DNA of 64,000 nt from Fimbriimonadaceae bacterium (GTDB taxonomy: Bacteria > Armatimonadota > UBA10988): contig JADZEX010000081.1 in the NCBI GenBank assembly GCA_020850355.1, positions 131,113 to 195,112 of the forward strand, given 5' to 3'. Position 1 is the stretch's first letter, and every line of letters starts with the position of its first letter. Under the pieces are notes generated by a model. That model saw only the letters and a program-made list of their open reading frames with translations, had not been told where the DNA came from and did no database searches. The position numbers and the translations under genes are program-made. Positions 28,499 to 35,344 of this stretch are shown here, piece by piece.

Positions 28499-30252
28499 CA
28501 GCGGCCCGCGAGGTAAGCGTCGGCATGTTGCTTCATCTGGTCCCACGGCCAACCGGCCGGGTCGGGTTTGCCCCGCAGGCCGCCGGCGAAGTCCTTGTGG
28601 TAGACCACGCCCTCCACGAAGGACTCTCGGGGGATGTGACGCAGCGGAATAGCCTGGCGACGACATATATCCGCCACCAGGCGCCCGACCGACCGAATCT
28701 GGCCGGCCGTGAAGTCCCAGCCGTTGGCGACGATCTCGATGCCGATGGTCTCGGAGTTGAAGTCGTAAATCGGCCCGGTGTTGCGCCACTGCCCGGTGCC
28801 GGCGTGGCGCGTGATGGTCTGCTCTTCGGCCAACTGCAAGACGGTGCCGGCGCGCAGCACCAGATAGTGCACGCCGATGGTGCTCGGCTCGGGCAGCACC
28901 TGCGCGCCGGGGGTGATGTCCTGGTAGAGCTTCGAGAGCAGCCCGTCGCTGGAGCTGGTCAGCGCGTTCAGCGAGCCGCCATCGCTCTGGGTGGCGGTGT
29001 GGTGCAGGACCACCCAGCGGGGCCAGCTCGGACGCTGCCAGCGCATCGTGCCGGGCCGCGTGTCGTGGATGGCACGGCCGTCCGGCCGCGGGCGCTGGCG
29101 CCCTGCGAAGGCCATCGCGGCGCTATCGAAAACCACGCCGCTGGGGCCGACATTGCGTCCGCGGCGGGTCACGCGGCAGGTCTTGCCGGCGACGTTGACG
29201 GCGGTGGTTTGGACCAGGTCGCGGTCGTCGATGCCAAAGCGGTCGGTGCGGCCGAGGCTGGTTGCCCAACTGCGGCCGTCGGGCGCGGCGACCGGGGCCG
29301 GCGCCAGCCAGTCGGGCGATGGCCGCAGCGGCACCCGGCTGTCGATGGTCGCCAGCAGCGTGTGCTCGCCGCTGGCCAGGGCGGTCTGCCAGAGCCCCGT
29401 CTGGCCCTCGCGCCGGGCCAGGTAGAGCGCCTGACCGTCGCGCCAGCCGACCAGCGACTCGGTCGGTCCGGCCAACGGCCAGCCCTTGACGACCTCGCCG
29501 TTGGGCCGCCGCTGCTGCGCCCAGGGGCCGTCGGGCTCGGCGGTCTGAATCCAGATGGTTTCGCCCGCCCAACTCGCGCCGAGCACCTGGCAGTCGGGCT
29601 GGGCCGGATAGGCGAAGGTCGGCGCGGCGGTGGGCTGGGCCGCTTGGAAGACCAGCAGTTGCTGCCCGAGGCGCGCGGCGACCAGGCCGTTCGGACCGGG
29701 CCAGACGCCGTCCAGGCCGGCCATCGTCACGACGCGCTGGGGGGCGCCGGCGGGCGGAAGCTGCCACAGACCGCTCGTCTCGCCCTGCGGCACGGTCACC
29801 CAGAGCAGGCCCGCGGCGTCCCAGGCGAAGCTCTGGCGCGTGCGCGGCGTGATGGCGCCGACCCGCAAGGGAGCGCTGAGCAGCCTGGCGTCGGCAGCCT
29901 GCCAGACGCCCACCGCGCCCTGGCCGTCGCTGCCGCCCTGCAAGTAGGCGATCCGCGTGCCATCAGGTGAGGCCTGCCCGCAGCCGAAAGCGCCAGGGCC
30001 GCCCCACAGCCGGGCCGCCGCGGTGCGCACGTCGATGGTGTAGAGCGGCCCGAGCGGGGCGGCGTTGAGGCGGTCATGGTGCGACTCGAGGTGCAGCCGC
30101 GGGCCGTCGCCCGACCAGACCGGCTGGCCCCCCGGCCCGAGCCAGCGCAGACTGGGCGCACCAGGGGTGTAGAGGTGGACGCCGGCGGTGCGCACGAGAG
30201 GTTCGCCCGCCAGCAGGCCGGCGCAGGTCAGCAGAACGACGAGGTTGCCCAA
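28498..30252 (-). CDS. secreted beta-propeller (TolB/WD40-like) protein fused to C-terminal N-acetylmuramoyl-L-alanine amidase (Amidase_2/PGRP) domain
   Basis: TTG start after GGAGGG. Signal peptide LGNLVVLLTCAGLLAG. Repeated W/G-rich blades. C-terminal LHHTAT...GVHYLV...IGIEIVANG amidase_2 motifs. Overlaps GNAT start by 1 nt (TGATG). Confidence 0.65.
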   Translation of the reverse strand: MGNLVVLLTCAGLLAGEPLVRTAGVHLYTPGAPSLRWLGPGGQPVWSGDGPRLHLESHHDRLNAAPLGPLYTIDVRTAAARLWGGPGAFGCGQASPDGTRIAYLQGGSDGQGAVGVWQAADARLLSAPLRVGAITPRTRQSFAWDAAGLLWVTVPQGETSGLWQLPPAGAPQRVVTMAGLDGVWPGPNGLVAARLGQQLLVFQAAQPTAAPTFAYPAQPDCQVLGASWAGETIWIQTAEPDGPWAQQRRPNGEVVKGWPLAGPTESLVGWRDGQALYLARREGQTGLWQTALASGEHTLLATIDSRVPLRPSPDWLAPAPVAAPDGRSWATSLGRTDRFGIDDRDLVQTTAVNVAGKTCRVTRRGRNVGPSGVVFDSAAMAFAGRQRPRPDGRAIHDTRPGTMRWQRPSWPRWVVLHHTATQSDGGSLNALTSSSDGLLSKLYQDITPGAQVLPEPSTIGVHYLVLRAGTVLQLAEEQTITRHAGTGQWRNTGPIYDFNSETIGIEIVANGWDFTAGQIRSVGRLVADICRRQAIPLRHIPRESFVEGVVYHKDFAGGLRGKPDPAGWPWDQMKQHADAYLAGR

Positions 30253-30477
30253 GGAGCCCTCCGCAGGCAGGATGCAGCAGCGGTCGGGTGGCGTCAAGGC
30301 GGGCGACGGGGGGCGCAGGCCCAACAGCAGACCCGACGAGGGCCCCAGTGAGCGCCATCCGCGCCACGGACGCAGCAGCTCCGAGCGTCCAGCTTGACGG
30401 CGCTCGCCACGACCTGCTACTCTCCAACTGCGTCGCCCAACCAGCCGAAGGGTTTGCCGAGCGGAGCCAGGCCAACA

Positions 30478-30909
30478 ATGCCAGCCAAGGAGTACCATCA
30501 GCTTCCAAGATGCCCATGCAAGAAGCTGCGGTACCGCTATGATCCTTGTGAGGGTCGAACGAAGCACAAGTGGCGTGAAGGTGCGGCGGGCTTTGCGCCT
30601 GTGGGCAAGTTCATTGTTGGCAAGTGTCCTTGCGGCATGTCCAATGCCGAGGCCGAGGCCATCCTCAACAGCGGGATGGGCGAGTATGACCCGGGTGACG
30701 AGCACCCAAAGAAGATCTACGCGGTGCATAATGGCGTTGTCTACATAGCTATGCGGAACAACGACGGCAACGCGTATCATGGCTATCCAGCAACTCGGCG
30801 TGATGTTGTCGGCAGCGCATACCGGTACGTGCTAGAAATGGCTGACCGCGACCAGTGTATGCAAGCCGCCAAAGCGTGGCTGAAGGAGCACCGCGGTGGC
30901 AACGGATAG
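30478..30909 (+). CDS. small Cys-rich hypothetical protein (2x CPC motifs; possible zinc ribbon / HNH-like core)
   Basis: 143 aa. Motifs PRCPCKK...C...GKCPCG then YAVHNGVVYIAMRNNDGNAYHGY. Low-GC codon usage. 14-nt overlap with the downstream gene. Confidence 0.55.
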   Translation: MPAKEYHQLPRCPCKKLRYRYDPCEGRTKHKWREGAAGFAPVGKFIVGKCPCGMSNAEAEAILNSGMGEYDPGDEHPKKIYAVHNGVVYIAMRNNDGNAYHGYPATRRDVVGSAYRYVLEMADRDQCMQAAKAWLKEHRGGNG

Positions 30910-32329
30910 TGGATTCTCCATAGACATTGACTTCAGTCAGGATGTTGATGCCGGATCCCGCCAGCGACCTTTGGACGGGGGCCTCGTCCTCAAGATTGGA
31001 CGGTGGTTGCCGTGGAATGAGCAGGATGAGCGGGGCCAGCCCGTTCCAGACCAAGACTGCTGGCGAAGTCTGCTTGAGTGGATGAGTGACGCCTGGTTGT
31101 ACCTTCGGCACGACACCACAGAACCGTTGCGGCTACTAGGCAAGCCACTGTCCAATAACCCCGCGCTCTGGTGGGATGAGGCTCTCGACCGCTGGGATAG
31201 TCCCGACTACGACTCGGACCGGGCCTCGAAAGAGGAAAGCGATCTAGTTGATTGGCTGAACAATCACGACATCTCGTGCGGTTTGCCCGAGAAGTGCGGT
31301 GCACGTGTAGTGTTTCTTCGGGTGGGTGCCCAGTGCATGGTAAGTTGCCCGGATGGGTCTGTGACGTTGGGGCTGGAAGAGGCCTTGACGGAGCTAACTC
31401 GGTGTGGGGATACCTTGGCCGAGAGGTTGCGGGGCTCGACGCTGCCGGCCGACCAGGCCCTTGTGGCACGATGGAAGAGCCGGGACAACACGTCAGTGGA
31501 GGGCCGCTTGGCGGCCTTCGGCGCCAACGTTCAGGTTCTTCGTGCGCTGAGGTCCAGCGAAGCCTTGGCGACATGGTCCCTCGAGCTGGATGCCGTCGAT
31601 CCCAATGCCAATCCTCTGCTGTTGGCGGCTCGGGCATGTCAAGATGAGCTGCCTACCGACATCCTGAGTAAGCTGCTGGCCCAGATCAGAGAGATCCGTG
31701 AGAGGCCCACCCCTGTGGTGGATGAGTTGGCTCGCAAGGTAACGGCAAGTCTGCGTCGATCCAGCCGTACCAAACCGTTCAGGCAGGGGTACATGGCGGC
31801 CGCGACCTTGCGTTCTCGGCTCGGTGCTGCAACTGGTGCAATCGATCCGGTCGAGCTGTTGGACCGTTGGAACGTAGCGGTGCAGCACCTCCAGCTTGGA
31901 ACGGAGGTCATTGATGCGGTGGCCTGCTGGGGAGGTGGCTACGGGCCGGTGATCCTAGTGAATGACGACGGTCGGCACGCTCAGGGTACTAACGGTCTGC
32001 GTGCAACACTCGCGCACGAGATCGGCCACCTCATGGTGGACCGCTGGGATTGCGTGCCTGTTTGCGATGTGAGCGGGCTCCGCTCTCGTCTGCCCCACGA
32101 GCAACGCGCCAATGCCTTCGCTGCTGAGCTGCTCGTGCCGCAGGACGAGATCAAGCGACGACTCATACCGGGGTGCCAGGTGACTGCGGTCGTCACCGAC
32201 CTGGCTGCTGAGTACGGCGCGAGTCGGCAGCTCGTGGCTTGGCACGCCACCAACTCGGCGACCGAACTGGATTCCCGCGCCAAGGGCGCGCTCCGCGATC
32301 TCTGTGACGAGGACGATACCTGGAGTTGA
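30896..32329 (+). CDS. ImmA/IrrE-family (COG2856, DUF955) zinc metallopeptidase-domain protein with about 270-aa N-terminal domain of unknown function
   Basis: GTG start 7 nt after AAGGAG. C-terminal motifs ATLAHEIGHLMVD (HExxH) and ANAFAAELLVP, diagnostic of ImmA/IrrE peptidases. Confidence 0.75.
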   Translation: MATDSGFSIDIDFSQDVDAGSRQRPLDGGLVLKIGRWLPWNEQDERGQPVPDQDCWRSLLEWMSDAWLYLRHDTTEPLRLLGKPLSNNPALWWDEALDRWDSPDYDSDRASKEESDLVDWLNNHDISCGLPEKCGARVVFLRVGAQCMVSCPDGSVTLGLEEALTELTRCGDTLAERLRGSTLPADQALVARWKSRDNTSVEGRLAAFGANVQVLRALRSSEALATWSLELDAVDPNANPLLLAARACQDELPTDILSKLLAQIREIRERPTPVVDELARKVTASLRRSSRTKPFRQGYMAAATLRSRLGAATGAIDPVELLDRWNVAVQHLQLGTEVIDAVACWGGGYGPVILVNDDGRHAQGTNGLRATLAHEIGHLMVDRWDCVPVCDVSGLRSRLPHEQRANAFAAELLVPQDEIKRRLIPGCQVTAVVTDLAAEYGASRQLVAWHATNSATELDSRAKGALRDLCDEDDTWS

Positions 32330-32339
32330 TGGCGACTGG

Positions 32340-32624
32340 CGCGGCCAGCCCGGGGATCCGGTCAGTTGGATCAGCGTGCAGTCGGCCCCGCCGCTGCTGC
32401 CACCCTACAGCTCGGGCAGCTTCCAGAGCCGGCTGCTGCCATTGCTGCAGGCCGGCCACGGCGGCACCCGCCTGGCCGCCGCCGAACTGCGCACCTTGGC
32501 CACCTGGCTGGACCTGCTGGTGCCCTACTGCGGCGACTACACCGAGGCGCACGCCTGGAGCCCGGAAGAGGTCGCCAAGTACCAGCACTTCAGCGACAAG
32601 CGCCGCCGCCTGGCAACGCCGTAG
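32340..32624 (+). pseudogene. 5'-truncated gene remnant (C-terminal fragment of unknown protein)
   Basis: High-GC ORF resuming exactly where the low-GC islet ends. Coding-like periodicity (…LVPYCGDYTEAHAWSPEEVAKYQHFSDKRRRL) but no start context and no N-terminal part anywhere upstream. Confidence 0.35.
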
Positions 32625-32663
32625 CCGCGCCGGTGAGTCAGGCTGGTTCGTCGGCGCCGCCCG

Positions 32664-34133
32664 CTAGCGCACGCGGTCGCGGAGCCAACCGGCGACTTCG
32701 TCCTTGGCCAGCCGGACCTGCTGCATCGTGTCGCGGTCGCGGATGGTGACCTTGCCGTCGTCGTCGATGGTCTGGTGGTCGACGGTGATGCAGTAGAGCG
32801 TGCCGATCTCGTCCTGCCGACGGTACAGCTTGCCGATGGCGCCGGTGTCGTCGTACTGCACGCTGAAGTCCTCACGAAGCTCGGCGGCCAGGGCGCGGGC
32901 GGTGGCGACGAGGTCTTCGCGGTTGCCGGCCAATGGCAGCACGGCGGCCTTGATGGGGGCCAGGGTGGGGTGCAGGCGAAGCAGCGTACGGGTCGCCTTG
33001 CCGCCCTTCTGGTCGGTGTACTCTTCCTCGGTGTAAGCCTCGGTCAGGAACGCCAGCACGTTGCGGTCGACCCCGGCCGACGGCTCGACGACGTGCGGCA
33101 CGACGCGGCGCTCGGTCTTGGTGTCGAAGTAGTCGAGCGTCTTGCCGCTGAACTCGGCGTGCTGCGACAGATCGAAGTCGGTCCGGTTGGCAATGCCCTC
33201 GAGCTCGGCGAAGCCGATCGGGAAGCGGTAGAGGATGTCCACGGTGCGCGTCGAGTAGTGCGAGCGCTTGTGGTCGGGGTGCTCGTAGAGGTCGAGATTC
33301 TCGCGGGCGATGCCGAGCCGGGTGTACCAGGCGATCCGCGCGTCGATCCACTCCTGGTGCTTCTCGGCCGACTGCTCCGGCCAGCAGAAGTACTCGATCT
33401 CCATCTGCTCGAACTCGCGGGTCCGGAAAGTGAAGTTGCCGGTCACGATCTCGTTCCGGAAGGCCTTGCCGACCTGGGCGATGCCGAACGGCAGCTTGCG
33501 GCGCATCGTCGTCAGGACGTTGTCGTAGTTCACGAAGATGCCCTGGGCGGTTTCGGGGCGGAGGTAGGCGATGCTGCCTTCGACCGGCCCGACCTGCGTC
33601 TGGAACATCATGTTGAAGGCCCGCGGCTCGGTGAACGACCCGGCGGCGCCGCACTTCGGGCAGACCTGCGGGGTGCCCTCCGCGGCGTCGATCACCATCG
33701 GCGCGGCGCTGACTTCCCAGCGCTTGCCAATCTGGTGCAGCTCGCGGCCCTTGCTCAGCGCCTCGTCCTCTTCGCCGGCCTCCACCGCGTACTGCTTGCT
33801 CTCGTCGCGGTGCGTCGCGGTGAGGCACCAGAGGTGATCGGCGCGGAATCGCGCTTTGCATTCCTTACAATCGACCAGCGGGTCGTTGAAGACCGCGACG
33901 TGGCCGGACGCCTCCCACACCCTGGGGTGCATCAGGATGCTGGCGTCGAGCGGTTCCATGTCGTCGCGCTGCTGCACGACGGCCTTCCACCACTGGGCCT
34001 TGATGTTGTTCTTGAGCAACGTCCCGAGGGGGCCGTAATCGTAGGTGCTCTGGAAGCCGCCGTAGATCTCGCTGGACGGGAAGATGAACCCGCGACGCTT
34101 GCAGAGCGAGACCAGCTTGTCCATGGTGACCAT
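32664..34133 (-). CDS. glyQS: glycine--tRNA ligase (single-chain alpha2 type)
   Basis: Motifs MDKLVSLCKRRGFIFPSSEIYGG and class II aaRS motifs. ATG preceded by AGGAGG 8 nt upstream. Confidence 0.9.
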   Translation of the reverse strand: MVTMDKLVSLCKRRGFIFPSSEIYGGFQSTYDYGPLGTLLKNNIKAQWWKAVVQQRDDMEPLDASILMHPRVWEASGHVAVFNDPLVDCKECKARFRADHLWCLTATHRDESKQYAVEAGEEDEALSKGRELHQIGKRWEVSAAPMVIDAAEGTPQVCPKCGAAGSFTEPRAFNMMFQTQVGPVEGSIAYLRPETAQGIFVNYDNVLTTMRRKLPFGIAQVGKAFRNEIVTGNFTFRTREFEQMEIEYFCWPEQSAEKHQEWIDARIAWYTRLGIARENLDLYEHPDHKRSHYSTRTVDILYRFPIGFAELEGIANRTDFDLSQHAEFSGKTLDYFDTKTERRVVPHVVEPSAGVDRNVLAFLTEAYTEEEYTDQKGGKATRTLLRLHPTLAPIKAAVLPLAGNREDLVATARALAAELREDFSVQYDDTGAIGKLYRRQDEIGTLYCITVDHQTIDDDGKVTIRDRDTMQQVRLAKDEVAGWLRDRVR

Positions 34134-34212
34134 GCCGAGAGCCTCCTGAGGCGTTGGCATTGTAGGGGCCAACGCGGGGATGGTCAACGGCGGGGGAGGA
34201 CCCCAACCGGCC

Positions 34213-34239
34213 GACGGACCGCGGGGTCTGCGGTCCGTC
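34213..34239 (-). promoter_or_regulatory. perfect 10-bp-stem hairpin between sugar-transferase gene end and glyS start
   Basis: gacggaccgc-ggggtct-gcggtccgtc. No U-tract on either strand. Could be a U-less terminator or leader structure. Confidence 0.35.
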
Positions 34240-34266
34240 GCAGGTCAGCAGGGTGGCAGTGGCGGC

Positions 34267-35001
34267 CTACTGCGCGCCGCGCCCGGTGAACATCACGGCG
34301 ACGGTCGACCAGCAGATGGCCAGGTCGAGAACCAGGGAGCGGCGCTGAATGTACTCCAGGTCGTGCTGCAGCTTGCGCTTGACGTCCTCCAGGCAGGTGT
34401 CGTAGCCCTGCCGGATCTGCGACAGGCCGGTGATGCCCGGGGTCACCAGGTGCCGGTCGCTGTAGCCTTCAATCTGCTGCACGAACTGCTTCACGAACTC
34501 GGGCCGCTCGGGCCGCGGGCCGACCAGGCTCATCTCGCCTAGCAGCACGTTCCAGAGCTGGGGCAGCTCGTCCAGGCGGGTCTTGCGCAGCAGGCGACCG
34601 GTGCGGGTGACGCGGGGGTCGTTTTCCTGGGCCCAGACCGGACCGCTGGCGGCCTCGGCGTCGGAGCGCATGGTGCGGAACTTGACCATCTCGAAGACCG
34701 GCCCCCCGACGTCGCGGCGGCGGAGGTCAAGGCGGTAGACGTTGCCGAACAGCCGCAGGCTGCGGCCGCCAGCGCGGCGGCGGTTGCGGCCGACCCGCCG
34801 CTGGCGATAGAACACCGGGCCGCGGCTGTCGAACTTGATGGCCACCGCCACCAGCGCAAACAGCGGCAGGAGGCCCAGCAGCGCCACGGCGGCGATCCAG
34901 CACTCCAGCCCGCGGCGCAGGAACTCATAGCGCCGGAACGACGGCGTGGCCACCTTCGTGGCGGGTGCGACTGGATTGTGGATGGGGCGATGCTGCTGCA
35001 T
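34267..35001 (-). CDS. bacterial sugar transferase (polyprenyl-phosphate hexose-1-phosphate transferase, WbaP/EpsL-like C-terminal domain)
   Basis: One TM then FRTMRSDAE...[26 protein letters not shown], diagnostic of the Bac_transf family. Confidence 0.85.
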   Translation of the reverse strand: MQQHRPIHNPVAPATKVATPSFRRYEFLRRGLECWIAAVALLGLLPLFALVAVAIKFDSRGPVFYRQRRVGRNRRRAGGRSLRLFGNVYRLDLRRRDVGGPVFEMVKFRTMRSDAEAASGPVWAQENDPRVTRTGRLLRKTRLDELPQLWNVLLGEMSLVGPRPERPEFVKQFVQQIEGYSDRHLVTPGITGLSQIRQGYDTCLEDVKRKLQHDLEYIQRRSLVLDLAICWSTVAVMFTGRGAQ

Positions 35002-35274
35002 GGCGCTCTTCTCTGCTGGGCTATTCCTGGCCAGGCACTGCTGCAAGCCGCGTGCCAAATAGCCCGTTTTGTCTATCGCCTCTGCCCTAAAGGATGCGGC
35101 CTCCCGGATCCCTGGCAAGGGTTCCTACCATCCGCCGGCCCGATTCGGCGTAACGGCCTAGTTACTCTTAGCTATGCCATCAGCCGACTGCCAGGTCGGT
35201 TGATGCTCTTGGGCAGCCTGCTGCCGCGAACCCTAGCGAAGTTGAACAGCCCTCGGGGCGGCCGTCTGCGGAGG

Positions 35275-35325
35275 CCCAAAAAGAGCGACCGGACCGGCTC
35301 GCAGAGCCGCTCCGGTCGCGCTGGG
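35275..35325 (-). terminator. rho-independent terminator downstream of the CBM/GH gene
   Basis: Minus strand: 16-bp near-perfect stem (gcgcgaccggagcggctc / gagccggtccggtcgctc) followed by CTTTTTGGG. Confidence 0.6.
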
Positions 35326-35344
35326 TCGAGACCCTGAGAAGGTT

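Larger units (their letters stand above)
30440..32335. other. low-GC genomic islet (about 55-60% GC versus about 70% flanks) carrying a 2-gene cassette
   Basis: Visible drop in G+C and change in codon usage between the amidase gene start and the gene remnant at 32340. No integrase or tRNA seen, so not called a mobile element. Confidence 0.55.

Noticed and set aside
30440-32335. Calling the low-GC islet a prophage or integrative element.
   Set aside because: No integrase, recombinase, tRNA attachment site or obvious flanking direct repeats were found by eye. It is kept as an islet of foreign composition only.
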